From Phycisphaerales bacterium (GTDB taxonomy: Bacteria; Planctomycetota; Phycisphaerae; WQYP01): a DNA stretch of 64,000 bases. A program made the translations under genes and the position numbers. Under the pieces are notes generated by a model. The model did no database searches. It was not told where the DNA came from and was given only the letters and a program-made list of their open reading frames with translations. Positions 37,301 through 46,401 of the stretch are shown one piece after another; positions within the stretch are counted from its first letter, which is position 1; every line of letters begins with the position of its first letter. The stretch lies in contig WQYP01000005.1 in assembly GCA_009781185.1 (NCBI GenBank), forward strand, positions 1 to 64,000, in the 5' to 3' direction.

Positions 37301-38131
37301 TTATTTACGTGTTTTTTCTTCTTCTGTACGGAAGGGCATGCCGAGGTGTTTCAGCAAGGCGAAACCTGCGGCGTTGTCTGCTGCCGAGGTAACGATTGTG
37401 ATGTTCATGCCTTGGTGGAATACCACCGCGGCGGAGTCGACTTCTGAGAAGACGGTTTGTTCGGTGATGCCCATGTTGTAGTTGCCGCGGCCGTCGAAGC
37501 CCTTGGGATTCAAACCGCGGAAGTCTTTGACACGCGGAATTGCCAGCGTGATGAGGCGATCCAGGAATTCCCACATGCGGCCGCCACGGAGTGTTACTTT
37601 TGCGCCGATTTCCATGCCTTCGCGGAGTTTGAAATTTGAGACGCTTTTCTTGGCTTTGCAGATAACGGCTTTCTGGCCGGCGATGGCGGTCAGTTCTTTG
37701 ATTGCCGCTTCCAGACGCGGCCGTTCCGCGATTGCTTTGCCCAGGCCCATCGAGACGACCACCTTCTCTACTTTCGGCAGCGCCATTTTGTTCTTGATTT
37801 TCAAATCGGTCATCAGTTTCGGAGCGATCTGTTCTTCAAAACGTTTTTTCAAACGCGGCATGTAGCCCTGCGGAAAGGCGAGAACTTCGCCGCCTTCTTC
37901 TTTCTTTTTGCCGCCACCTCCCCCACCGCCGCCTTTGGCTTTGCCTTTGTCGGCTTTTTCAGTTTTGCCGCCTTTTCCTTCGGGCGCTGCGCCTGCGGCT
38001 TCGCCGCCGGCTTCTTTCGCCTTCGCCGCCATTTCCGCTTTCTTGGCGGCCTTGGCAGCTTTTTCGGCTTCGATCTGCTCGGGTGTCTTGGCCGGCTTAT
38101 CCTGTTTCTTTTCTTCTTTTTCTTTCGACAT
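37301..38131 (-). CDS. rplE: 50S ribosomal protein L5 with a ~95 aa Lys/Ala/Gly/Glu-rich N-terminal extension
   Basis: Core '[16 protein letters not shown]...VVVSMGLG...[19 protein letters not shown]'. ATG at 38131 ('[12 protein letters not shown]'). Confidence 0.9.
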   Translation of the reverse strand: MSKEKEEKKQDKPAKTPEQIEAEKAAKAAKKAEMAAKAKEAGGEAAGAAPEGKGGKTEKADKGKAKGGGGGGGGKKKEEGGEVLAFPQGYMPRLKKRFEEQIAPKLMTDLKIKNKMALPKVEKVVVSMGLGKAIAERPRLEAAIKELTAIAGQKAVICKAKKSVSNFKLREGMEIGAKVTLRGGRMWEFLDRLITLAIPRVKDFRGLNPKGFDGRGNYNMGITEQTVFSEVDSAAVVFHQGMNITIVTSAADNAAGFALLKHLGMPFRTEEEKTRK

Positions 38132-38215
38132 CGTTTTTACCTCAATCTCGTGAACCCCAAGCACAACTAAAGTTAAAAGGTTTTGTCTTGGTTGTACGAG
38201 TTATTCCTGTTTCAT

Positions 38216-38530
38216 TTATACCTTGCCTAAGTCTGTTCCGGTTTTCACGGCGACACGCCGTTTTTCGCCGTCCTTGATTTGGAATTTCACACGCGTGCCC
38301 TTGCCGGTCTTGGGGTCCAGCGGCAGTACTTTGGAAAGGTGGATCGGCGCTTCCTTGCGAATGCGGCCGCCACGCTGATTTTTTTGCGTCGGCTTGAGAT
38401 GTTTCCAGACGACGTTGATGCCTTCGACGACGACCTGGTCGTTCAGGAGCCGCAGGACCTTGCCGGTCTTGCCTTTGTCGTCACCCGACTGCACGTAAAC
38501 GATATCGTCTTTTTTAATGCGGGCTGCCAT
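38216..38530 (-). CDS. rplX: 50S ribosomal protein L24
   Basis: 'MAARIKKDDIVYVQSGDDKGKTGKVLR' from the ATG at 38530. Confidence 0.9.
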   Translation of the reverse strand: MAARIKKDDIVYVQSGDDKGKTGKVLRLLNDQVVVEGINVVWKHLKPTQKNQRGGRIRKEAPIHLSKVLPLDPKTGKGTRVKFQIKDGEKRRVAVKTGTDLGKV

Positions 38531-38540
38531 AGTTATTCCT

Positions 38541-38574
38541 GAGTTTCGAGTTTCCAATTTCGAGTTTCGAGTTT
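38541..38574. repeat. 'gtttcNa' heptamer array (single arm)
   Basis: 'gagtttcgagtttccaatttcgagtttcgagttt', between rplX and rplN. Confidence 0.85.
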
Positions 38575-38575
38575 G

Positions 38576-38962
38576 TTAAACGACTTCGGAGGCCAGTGAG
38601 ACGATTTTCATGTGGTTTTTTTCGCGGAGTTCGCGGGCGACGGCGCCGAAGATGCGGGTGCCGCGTGGATTGTTGTCGGCGTCGACGACGACGGCGGCGT
38701 TGCGATCGAAGCGTACGTAACTGCCGTCGGATCGGCGAATCGGCTGACTGGTGCGAACGATGATCGCGCGGACGACGTCGTGGAGTTTGACGTCGCCGTT
38801 GGGGGTGGCGGTTTTCACGGCGATGACGATGAGGTCGCCGATGCCGGCGACTTTTCGTTTGAACTTGCCGCGGGAGGTTGAACCGCCGAGCACCTTGATG
38901 CACATCGCGGTTTTGGCGCCGGTGTTGTCGGCGATATCGACACGTGTTTGTTGCTGGATCAT
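38576..38962 (-). CDS. rplN: 50S ribosomal protein L14
   Basis: '[17 protein letters not shown]....IKVLGGS'. Confidence 0.95.
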   Translation of the reverse strand: MIQQQTRVDIADNTGAKTAMCIKVLGGSTSRGKFKRKVAGIGDLIVIAVKTATPNGDVKLHDVVRAIIVRTSQPIRRSDGSYVRFDRNAAVVVDADNNPRGTRIFGAVARELREKNHMKIVSLASEVV

Positions 38963-38981
38963 AAGTTTTTAGCCTCGCGCT

Positions 38982-39010
38982 GAGCGGCATGCAAGCATGC
39001 CGGCTAAATA
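38982..39010 (+). repeat. Hairpin motif gagcggcaKgcaagcMtgccggctaaata (copy 4)
   Basis: 'gagcggcatgcaagcatgccggctaaata', between rpsQ and rplN. Confidence 0.8.
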
Positions 39011-39019
39011 TACAAAGAG

Positions 39020-39406
39020 TTAACTTTCTGGCGTTGCCACTACGTCTGTTGCCGATGGTTCGGCTTTCTTCTTTTCGAACATCTTGGAGGCTTCGCCTTC
39101 GAGGATGCTCGTATCGATCTGCGTGCCCTTGGTGACGATCCGGAGCAGGCGGTAGGTTTTGCTCTTGGAGATCGGGCGGCAGCTCATGACTTCCACCTGA
39201 TCGCCGACGCGGCTTTCGTTTTTCTCGTCGTGCACGTGCAGCACCGTCTGGCGCTTGACGTACTTGTTGTACTTCGCGTGGCGAGAGAGGTACTCAACGA
39301 CCACCTTGCGGGTCTTGGCGACCTTGTCGCTGGTCACGACGCCGATCTGGCGGGTGCGAAGTCTGCGTTTTTCCGTTTTTTCTGTTTTTGTTTCTGCTGT
39401 CGTCAT
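39020..39406 (-). CDS. rpsQ: 30S ribosomal protein S17 (extended at both ends)
   Basis: 'GVVTSDKVAKTRKVVVEYLSRHAKYNKYVKRQTVLHVHDE.N...VGDQVEVMSCRPISKSKTYRL'. Confidence 0.9.
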   Translation of the reverse strand: MTTAETKTEKTEKRRLRTRQIGVVTSDKVAKTRKVVVEYLSRHAKYNKYVKRQTVLHVHDEKNESRVGDQVEVMSCRPISKSKTYRLLRIVTKGTQIDTSILEGEASKMFEKKKAEPSATDVVATPES

Positions 39407-39421
39407 ATCTATCGTCCTGCC

Positions 39422-39634
39422 TTACGCCTTTTTGGCCTTGAGTTCGTTCTCACGCATAACCGTTAAAATCCGGGCAATGTCCTTTTTGACTTTTTTGAAC
39501 TGCGAGACATCCTTGACCTTTTCCGTGGCGCTATTTGTCCGCAGTTTGAAGAGCTGGGTTCGCAGTTCCTGCTCGCGTTCCTGGAGCTGGTCGGTGGCCA
39601 TTTGCCGGTATTCTTTTAAGTCTTCTGTTGCCAT
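39422..39634 (-). CDS. rpmC: 50S ribosomal protein L29
   Basis: 'LQEREQELRTQLFKLRTNSATEKVKDVSQFKKVKKDIARILTV'. Confidence 0.9.
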   Translation of the reverse strand: MATEDLKEYRQMATDQLQEREQELRTQLFKLRTNSATEKVKDVSQFKKVKKDIARILTVMRENELKAKKA

Positions 39635-39697
39635 GTTTTATTCCTTTTGGTGCCACCCCGCCAAGCGGGGTCGCTACTTGCGGGCAAGATGCCCGCG

Positions 39698-40117
39698 TTA
39701 CAGTGTGTGACGGCGGCGTACGAAGCGGCATTTGACCGGCATTTTGTACGCCACGCGGGAAAATGCACGACGAGCTACCGTTTCGTCGACGCCGGCGATT
39801 TCGAACAGAATCGTGCCGGGTTTAACTTCGGCGGCCCAGAATTCCGGCTCGCCTTTGCCGGTGCCTTGCCGGGTTTCCAATGGCTTCTTCGAAAAGCTCT
39901 TGTGTGGGAAGATACGGATGTAGACGCGACCTTCGCGGGCCAGGTAGTGGGAGCAGGCCATACGACCGGCTTCGATCTGTCGGCCGTTGATGCGGCCGGG
40001 CTCCAGGGATTGGAGTGCGTATTCGCCGAAGCTGACTTTGTTGCCGCGTGTTGCGTTGCCGCGCATGACGCCGCGCTGCTGTTTACGCCACTTGACTCGT
40101 GATGGCATCATTGCCAT
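39698..40117 (-). CDS. rplP: 50S ribosomal protein L16
   Basis: 'MAMMPSRVKWRKQQRG.M.G.A.RGN.V.FG.Y.L'. The ORF track starts at a TTG at 40132; I prefer the ATG at 40117. Confidence 0.95.
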   Translation of the reverse strand: MAMMPSRVKWRKQQRGVMRGNATRGNKVSFGEYALQSLEPGRINGRQIEAGRMACSHYLAREGRVYIRIFPHKSFSKKPLETRQGTGKGEPEFWAAEVKPGTILFEIAGVDETVARRAFSRVAYKMPVKCRFVRRRHTL

Positions 40118-40159
40118 ATTGAAACTCCTCAATGTACCCAGGGGGTGGAACCCCAGGGC

Positions 40160-40855
40160 TTACCGACGTCGCGGGCGACGTACTGCGTTTGCTGCCGCGA
40201 CGAGGGCCGCATCCGTTTCTGCATAGGTTCCCAGATAGACCCAAACTTTGATTCCGATGACGCCGTAGGGTGTGCGGCAGTGAACTTGTCCATAACTGAT
40301 GTTTGCTTGCAAAGTATGCAGCGGGATCGAGCCGGCGATCATTTTTTCAACGCGTGCGATTTCGGCGCCGCCGATCCGGCCGGAGAGCTGCATTTTGATG
40401 CCCTTGGCGCCGGCGTTGCGAGTGGCGTCGGCTTTTTGCTTGAGCACGCGGCGGAAACTGGCACGCTTTTTGAGCTGCTCGGCGATGCCTTCGGCGACCA
40501 ATTGGGCGTTGAGGTCGGGGCTGCCGATTTCGGCGATTTCGACTTTTACTTTGCGGCCGGTGAGGTCTTCGAGCTCGTTGCGAAGTTTATCGACTTCCGC
40601 GCCTTTCGGGCCGATGACCACGCCGGGACGGGCTGTGTGCAGCAGCACTTTGAGCTCTTCACGTGTGCGTTCGATTTCGACCCGAGCCACCGCTGCGTAG
40701 GGGGGCTGCTTGTTGAGCTTGTCATCCACAAAGTTCCGAATCTTCTGATCCTCGACGAGCAGTTCGCCAAAGTATTTTTTGGAAGCGAACCATCGGCTGT
40801 TCCACCCTTCGGTGACGCCGACCCGGAAACCATGCGGATGTATTTTCTGACCCAT
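40160..40855 (-). CDS. rpsC: 30S ribosomal protein S3
   Basis: 'MGQKIHPHGFRVGVTEGWNSRWFA', KH domain 'RPGVVIGPKGAEV'. Confidence 0.95.
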   Translation of the reverse strand: MGQKIHPHGFRVGVTEGWNSRWFASKKYFGELLVEDQKIRNFVDDKLNKQPPYAAVARVEIERTREELKVLLHTARPGVVIGPKGAEVDKLRNELEDLTGRKVKVEIAEIGSPDLNAQLVAEGIAEQLKKRASFRRVLKQKADATRNAGAKGIKMQLSGRIGGAEIARVEKMIAGSIPLHTLQANISYGQVHCRTPYGVIGIKVWVYLGTYAETDAALVAAANAVRRPRRR

Positions 40856-40887
40856 GAGAACCTCAAAATGAAGTTAATCGCAAACGA

Positions 40888-41367
40888 TTAACCTTTTGCC
40901 TCCGTCTTTTCTTCCACCCCGCTAAGCGGGGTCGCTACTGTCGCCGGTTTTTCGCCGGATGTCTTCTTCGAACCTTTTTTCTGCAGGCGTTCACGCCGAA
41001 TTTCGAGCTGTTTGCGTTTTGCCTTGCTCATCGGCGGCTTGCCTTCCTCGACTTCGATCGTGATGTGGCACATGCGTTTGAAAATCGAGAAGCTCTTGCC
41101 GCGATCCTTGGGCTGGAAGCGCTTCATGATCGGGCCGTCATTGCAGAAGGAGCGCGAGACGTACAACTCTTCCACGTCGGCTTCCTTGACGTCGGCGTTG
41201 GCGATGGCGCTTTTGAGCACCTTGGCGACCATGATGGCGCCGCGTTTTTTATTGAATTTCAGGGCGTCGAGCGCTTCGCCGACGGGTTTGTTGCGGATCA
41301 GGTCCGTTAAGAGCCGCGCTTTGCGGGCGGAGATCCTTGCGAACTTCCATTGACTTACATAGGGCAT
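40888..41367 (-). CDS. rplV: 50S ribosomal protein L22 (extended C-terminus)
   Basis: 'ARISARKARLLTDLIRNKPVGEALDALKF..KRGA..V.KVLKSAIANA'. ATG at 41367 with a gaggt RBS. Confidence 0.9.
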   Translation of the reverse strand: MPYVSQWKFARISARKARLLTDLIRNKPVGEALDALKFNKKRGAIMVAKVLKSAIANADVKEADVEELYVSRSFCNDGPIMKRFQPKDRGKSFSIFKRMCHITIEVEEGKPPMSKAKRKQLEIRRERLQKKGSKKTSGEKPATVATPLSGVEEKTEAKG

Positions 41368-41409
41368 ATCAACCTCGCTGCAACTGGCTTTCGCCAATCA
41401 CGAAACCTT

Positions 41410-41703
41410 TTATTTGACCGGCGCCGCGGCGGCCTCTTCCTTCTTGACAATCGTGTGGCCACGGAACTGCCGGGTAAACGAAAATTCGCCCAGTTTGTGG
41501 CCGACCATGTCCTCGGTCACAAACACGCGTTTGAAATCTTTTCCGTTGTGGACCTCGAAGGTGTGGCCGACAAAGTCGGGAATAATTGTGCTCGATCGCG
41601 ACCAAGTCTTCACCGGCGTCTTCAAGCGTTTCGCATTGAGCTCGTTGATCTTCTTCAACAAATGCTCCGCGACAAAGGGGCCTTTTTTTGTGCTTCTGCT
41701 CAT
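41410..41703 (-). CDS. rpsS: 30S ribosomal protein S19
   Basis: '[16 protein letters not shown]', '[29 protein letters not shown]'. Confidence 0.95.
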   Translation of the reverse strand: MSRSTKKGPFVAEHLLKKINELNAKRLKTPVKTWSRSSTIIPDFVGHTFEVHNGKDFKRVFVTEDMVGHKLGEFSFTRQFRGHTIVKKEEAAAAPVK

Positions 41704-41744
41704 ATCTATCCTCAGCCTTCCGGCTACTAACTACTGACCACTGA

Positions 41745-42611
41745 CTATTTCCGTTTCAACACTGATTCGCCATAACGGGTTGTCATACGTCGGCGAATAA
41801 TTTTGCTTGACGAATTTTTGCGTGGGTTACGAGTTTTGCCGCCTTTTGCGGAGACGCCCCATTTGCTGACGGGGTGCCGACCGCCGCCGGAGCGGCCTTC
41901 GCCGCCGCCAAGCGGGTGGCTGACGGGGTTTTGTGCGACGCCGCGGACGGTTGGACGGATGCCACGGTTACGTGTGCGGCCGGCTTTGCCCCAGCGAATG
42001 TTGATCCAGTCGGGATTACCTAGCTGTCCGATGGTGGCGCGGCATTTCCAGTGAATTTGGCGGACTTCACCGGAGGGCAATTGGATGGTTGCCAGGCCGT
42101 TGTCTTTGCCGATCAATCGTGCCACGCTACCGGCGGAACGGCACAATTTGCCGCCCTGACCGGGGATCGCTTCGATGTTATGGATTTCCATGCCGACGGG
42201 AAGGATTTCCAGCGGCATTGCGTTGCCGACGGTTTTTTCGATGTCCGCGTTTGTTCCGGATTCGATGACGTCGCCGACTTTGATCGCGGCCGGAGCGAGG
42301 ATATAACGCTTTTCGCCGTCGGCGTATTCGACCAGTGCGATATAGACGGTGCGGTTCGGATCGTATTCGATGGTTTTAACGGTTGCCTTGATGCCGTCTT
42401 TGGTGCGTTTGAAATCCATTTTGCGATAGAACTGTTTGTTTCCGCCGCCGATGTGGCGGCAGGTGATCCAGCCGGTGTGGTTGCGTCCGCCGGTTTTTTT
42501 CCGGCGAACGATCAGGCTCTTTTCCGGCTTGTCCGTGGTCAGCTCGGAGTAGGCATTGACGTTGCTGTTACGCCGGGCTGCGGTCGTCGGTTTGTAAATC
42601 TTTATGGGCAT
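41745..42611 (-). CDS. rplB: 50S ribosomal protein L2
   Basis: 'MPIKIYKPTTAARR', 'GRNHTGWITCRHIGGG', 'RGVAQNPVSHPLGGGEGR'. Confidence 0.95.
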   Translation of the reverse strand: MPIKIYKPTTAARRNSNVNAYSELTTDKPEKSLIVRRKKTGGRNHTGWITCRHIGGGNKQFYRKMDFKRTKDGIKATVKTIEYDPNRTVYIALVEYADGEKRYILAPAAIKVGDVIESGTNADIEKTVGNAMPLEILPVGMEIHNIEAIPGQGGKLCRSAGSVARLIGKDNGLATIQLPSGEVRQIHWKCRATIGQLGNPDWINIRWGKAGRTRNRGIRPTVRGVAQNPVSHPLGGGEGRSGGGRHPVSKWGVSAKGGKTRNPRKNSSSKIIRRRMTTRYGESVLKRK

Positions 42612-42681
42612 GACTTCTATCCTGTTTCTGTCCTGTTTTTACCCGAACCCCCGGCAGAGCCGGGGGCTAACGGGGGTGCCA

Positions 42682-42972
42682 TTAGAACAAATCGAGTTTG
42701 TTGTCCTGATGCAGTATGACGATGGCTTTTTTCCAGGCGGCGGTTGTTTTGTAGCCGCTGCGTGTACGCTTGGGTTTGCCGACGACGTTTACCGTCCGCA
42801 CTTCCAACACTTTCACGTTGTATAGTTTTTCGATCGCGGCCTTGATCCGGGGCTTGTCGGCACTCTTGGCGACTTCGAAACAATACGCATTGCGGACGCT
42901 GGCCAGAAAGGTGCTCTTTTCCGAGATCACCGGGGCCTTGATTACTTCTGTATCGTGCAGTTGAACTGGCAT
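42682..42972 (-). CDS. rplW: 50S ribosomal protein L23
   Basis: 'VIKAPVISEKST......N.Y.FEVAKSADKPRIKAAIEKLYNVKV'. Confidence 0.9.
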   Translation of the reverse strand: MPVQLHDTEVIKAPVISEKSTFLASVRNAYCFEVAKSADKPRIKAAIEKLYNVKVLEVRTVNVVGKPKRTRSGYKTTAAWKKAIVILHQDNKLDLF

Positions 42973-43020
42973 ATTTCACCTCAAAACATCGCTGGGGGGG
43001 GCGGCCAAAGCCGTCGGAAT

Positions 43021-43671
43021 TTATCCCTTTGCTTTGGCCGTTTTACTGGGCTTGGCACCTTTGAGAACGTCCTCAAACGCCGCTTTCGTGATGATCATCG
43101 TTCGTTTGGAAAGGACGTCGTACGCGTTGATTTCGGCTGCCGGCTTGATGATCGTTTTGGTGATGTTGCGGGCGGAGAGCCAGAGGTTGCGATCGAGTCC
43201 TTGCGTGGCGATCAAAACGCCGCGGTCGGCGTGGAGCGTTTTCAGGACGTTTGCTACTTCTTTGGTTTTTGGGGCTGGAACGGCAAAACCGTCCAGCAGG
43301 ATCAGCGTATTGGATAAGATTTTGGAGAGAATGGCGTTATTTCGAGCCAAACGGCGTTGTTTCAGTGGCATTTCCTGTCGGAAATCGCGTGGGAGTTTGC
43401 CGAAAGCGTTACCGCCGCCTTTCATGACCGGCGTACGAATATTGCCGCGGCGGGCGTTGCCTGTGCCCTTTTGTTTGTAAAGTTTCTTGGTGGAGCCTTC
43501 CACTTCCGCACGGGTCTTGGTTTTGACCGTGCCCTGCCGCTGATTGGCGTGGTGTCGTACCAGCGCCTGCTTGAGCAATGCGGGACGCACGGTCGTTCCG
43601 AGCAGCGCTTCGTCCACCGGGAATTTCCCCACCTCTTTCCCCTGGGTATTCATCACTGGCACTTCAATCAT
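43021..43671 (-). CDS. rplD: 50S ribosomal protein L4
   Basis: 'HANQRQGTVKTKTRAEVEGSTKKLYKQKGTGNARRG..R.P...GGG..FGK'. Confidence 0.95.
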   Translation of the reverse strand: MIEVPVMNTQGKEVGKFPVDEALLGTTVRPALLKQALVRHHANQRQGTVKTKTRAEVEGSTKKLYKQKGTGNARRGNIRTPVMKGGGNAFGKLPRDFRQEMPLKQRRLARNNAILSKILSNTLILLDGFAVPAPKTKEVANVLKTLHADRGVLIATQGLDRNLWLSARNITKTIIKPAAEINAYDVLSKRTMIITKAAFEDVLKGAKPSKTAKAKG

Positions 43672-43731
43672 GGCTCAACCTTTTATCTTCTGGCTAGCGA
43701 ATCCCGGCTAAAGCCGGGGCTATATGAGTAT

Positions 43732-44424
43732 TCAGGCCTTCTTGACATTATTGAGGACCGTTTTGGCTTGTCGGACAAACACGACGCCGCCGTTGGCACC
43801 GGGTACTGTCCCTTTGATCAGCAGCAGATTTTTTTCTTTGTCGACGCTGACGAGCTGGAGACAGCGTGCGGTGATATTTTCGTCGCCCATATGTCCGGAC
43901 ATTTTTTTACCGAGGCGAATGGCTCGTCCGTGGCCGCGTGTGCCCTGGCCGCCGCCGATGCCACCGGGAGAACGGTGTTTGCGTTCGGTGCCGTGGGAGC
44001 CGGGCTGGCCGCCGAAGCTCCAGCGTTTCATGACGCCCTGGAAGCCCTTGCCCTTGCTGGTGCCGCTGACATCCACATATTTGATCAGTTCGAAAATGCC
44101 CACATCGACCATCGTTCCCGTTTCCACTGTTGGCTTATCGTTCAGGCGAACTTCGCGGAAGAAGCGTTTCGGCTCGGTTTTGCCGGTCTTGCGGCAGTGC
44201 CCGACCACCGGCTTGGTGCTGCGACGTTCCTTGATGTCCTCAAAACCGAGCTGAATGGCGTTGTAGCCGTCTTTGCCTTCCTGGGTTTTGACTTGCGTGA
44301 CGACGCAAGGGCCAGCCTGGACGACCGTGACGGGAATAGCACTGCCGGCCTCGTCGTAGACGCGGGTCATGCCGACCTTTCGGCCCAGAAGCGCAGCAAT
44401 AGAACCTAGACCATTTTCGCTCAT
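43732..44424 (-). CDS. rplC: 50S ribosomal protein L3
   Basis: 'LLGRKVGMTRVYDEAGSAIPVTVVQAGPCVVTQVKT', 'GKGFQGVMKRW.F.GQPGSHG'. ATG at 44424. Confidence 0.95.
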   Translation of the reverse strand: MSENGLGSIAALLGRKVGMTRVYDEAGSAIPVTVVQAGPCVVTQVKTQEGKDGYNAIQLGFEDIKERRSTKPVVGHCRKTGKTEPKRFFREVRLNDKPTVETGTMVDVGIFELIKYVDVSGTSKGKGFQGVMKRWSFGGQPGSHGTERKHRSPGGIGGGQGTRGHGRAIRLGKKMSGHMGDENITARCLQLVSVDKEKNLLLIKGTVPGANGGVVFVRQAKTVLNNVKKA

Positions 44425-44778
44425 GGCATCCTCACACCACGGTCGCCTCCTCAAAACCCGTTTCCCTCGAGCGTCCGAGGGTGTCAGGTTTTACCGCGAT
44501 ATCCCGTCTGGCCTGCCCCCGGATTGCCATCCGGGGCTCCCCCGGCTTGTTGTCCGGGGCTCTTTGCCAACTTTCAGACTCGAGAACCGTATTGGGCGAT
44601 GATCAGTTTCGCATCGTTGACGCAGCTGGTGCTGATGGAAACCTCGCTGTTTCGGGCCCGAGCGGGATCACTCAGGTTGGGCACTCCGTGGAAAATCGTT
44701 GTTCGTGCCACGCCGCTTCCTCGCGGAAGACGACGGTTTGCACCGCCAGAATCGCTCCCGGCAAAATGCAAGAGGAGT

Positions 44779-44807
44779 ACTCTACCACCCCTCATCCGCC
44801 TTGTCAA
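44779..44807 (-). promoter_or_regulatory. Candidate sigma-70 promoter for the rplC operon
   Basis: The minus strand reads TTGACA (44802-44807), a 17 nt spacer, then TAGAGT (44779-44784), about 350 nt upstream of the rplC ATG. Confidence 0.4.
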
Positions 44808-44871
44808 CACTGAAACGGTCATTGAAATTCGAAAGGGGTGCCCATTTTTTATGGCAACGCCCCATTCCACT

Positions 44872-44975
44872 AGCCCCCGGCTCTGCCGGGGGGCATACCA
44901 GAGATGATCATTCCACCACATTTTGGCAAAATGAGTGTCACTGGTTCGCCCCCCCGGCAGAGCCGGGGGCTAGGG
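44872..44975. repeat. Inverted pair of 'cccccggcagagccgggggcta' hairpin units flanking ~55 bp
   Basis: 'ctagcccccggctctgccgggggg' (44872-) and 'cccccggcagagccgggggctagg' (-44975). A third unit lies at 42647-42677. Confidence 0.8.
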
Positions 44976-45037
44976 GATTGGGTGTGCCCGGAAAAACGGG
45001 CACACCCAATCGAAATTCGAGTGACGACGGGAAATAA

Positions 45038-45086
45038 CCACAGACAGATCAGACAGACGTTTTCTTACTGTCTGATCTGTCTGTGG
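45038..45086. repeat. Perfect 19 bp stem hairpin downstream of the PEP-CTERM gene
   Basis: 'ccacagacagatcagacag' / 'ctgtctgatctgtctgtgg' with an 11 nt loop. An A7 run follows on the plus strand. Terminator function is uncertain. Confidence 0.6.
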
Positions 45087-45156
45087 CAAAAAAAGGCAGG
45101 TAAGGCTGAGGGAGTGTGCCACTGGCGGGGCGAGCTTACGCTCGCGGCTCTGTTTT

Positions 45157-46401
45157 CTACGAACGGTTTTTTCGACGGAGGAGCAGGAGTCCGGAGCCCA
45201 GAGTCAGGAGGCCGAGGGAGGCGGGCTCGGGGACTTTGGTGACGATGAGGTCGATGCCGTCGAAGGTGATGCCGTCATAGGCCATGTCGGCGCCGACGAA
45301 CTTAAATTTATACGTGTAGCCGTCCGGAACCTTGCCGAGTGTAAAGAGGTCGAAGACGTTGGTGTAGTCGATGTTTGTGACTTCGTTGCCGTCGGCGTCG
45401 AAGTAGGAGATCGTGCGGTAGCGATACCCTCCGTTGAGGTCCGGGCCTCCACCGGTGAGGGAGATGATGTGATAGATTCCCGAGAGGTCTCCGCCGTTGC
45501 TCATGTCGTTGATGTTGATTGTGGCGCCTTCGTAGACGCTGAGGCCAACACTGGAATAATTGCCGCAAATGAGGCTGAGGCTGTCGTAGATATCGGGGGT
45601 CTCCAAGTCAATGTCGAAGGAGGAGGTGGATTGGAAGTGAACATCGATAGAGGCGCCACCACCATAACCGGCTTGGAAGACGAGTGCTCCGGTTGCTCCG
45701 AAGTTCGAGTCGGCAGTGACATCGCCTGGAGCGAGGTGACCATAGACTGGAATAATTTCAGTTGGCGCCCCGCGGTTTCCACCACTGACGTTGATGGTGG
45801 CATTGCCGGCGAGAGTGGCAATAGCCTCACTGCTGCTGCCAATGCCCAGAAATTGGCGGACGGAATTATCAGTGCCGCTGAAAAGGAGTTTTCCTTCGAG
45901 CACTTCGACGGCGGGGGAGCCGGAGAGGGCACCGAGGCTCAGAAGCCCGGCTCCTGTTTTCTGGAAGTAACCGACATATGGATTGCTCCCCAAATTGCTG
46001 CTGGGCGTCAATTTCTGGACGTACAAGGTGCCGGCCTGGATGTCCAATGTGTAGCGGCAGGAATTACCATTTTGAAAGCCTATGGCGAGGGTGGTATTAA
46101 TGGTGTTAAGTGTGTTGGAATCGCCAGTTTGCGTGACGAATGTGCGGTTGTAGTCATTGGGGCCGACGGTAATGCCGTAGCTGTTACCTTCCGCGTTTTT
46201 GATACTGCACCCGCTAGCATTGAATGTGAGGGAGTCGATGGTGACGTCGTTGTCGAGAATCACCTGGCTGTCGGGATCGTCCAAGCTGACGTCCCCCGTC
46301 CAATCAATGGCGGCCTGCGAGGCGGCGGCGAGGCCGAGGGAGGCGGCGCCTACGGCAACTATTGTGGCGTGACGGCGAATGTGGTGTTTGAGCGAGAACA
46401 T
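45157..46401 (-). CDS. PEP-CTERM sorting-domain protein
   Basis: C-terminus 'VPEPASLGLLTLGSGLLLLRRKNRS'. Signal-like 'MFSLKHHIRRHATIVAVGAASLGLAAASQA' from the ATG at 46401. Confidence 0.8.
   Translation of the reverse strand: MFSLKHHIRRHATIVAVGAASLGLAAASQAAIDWTGDVSLDDPDSQVILDNDVTIDSLTFNASGCSIKNAEGNSYGITVGPNDYNRTFVTQTGDSNTLNTINTTLAIGFQNGNSCRYTLDIQAGTLYVQKLTPSSNLGSNPYVGYFQKTGAGLLSLGALSGSPAVEVLEGKLLFSGTDNSVRQFLGIGSSSEAIATLAGNATINVSGGNRGAPTEIIPVYGHLAPGDVTADSNFGATGALVFQAGYGGGASIDVHFQSTSSFDIDLETPDIYDSLSLICGNYSSVGLSVYEGATININDMSNGGDLSGIYHIISLTGGGPDLNGGYRYRTISYFDADGNEVTNIDYTNVFDLFTLGKVPDGYTYKFKFVGADMAYDGITFDGIDLIVTKVPEPASLGLLTLGSGLLLLRRKNRS

Noticed and set aside
44690-44760. Stem with GCGA tetraloop followed by 'ggaagcggcg', reminiscent of SRP RNA helix 8 ('GGAAGCAGCC').
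   Set aside because: The 5' strand does not pair in the SRP pattern and the conserved AGCA symmetric-loop bases are missing. I treat it only as part of the rplC leader.
44574-44921. 115 aa minus-strand ORF just upstream of rplC. Its segment 'FHGVPNLSDPARARNSEVSISTSCVNDAKLIIAQYGSRV' loosely resembles S10 ('GPIPLPT...SPHV.K..R.QYE').
   Set aside because: It lacks the near-invariant GPIPLPT and flanking S10 blocks and stops ~35 residues early. It has no RBS and overlaps the predicted promoter and leader. The resemblance is probably chance. A sensitive HMM search would settle it.
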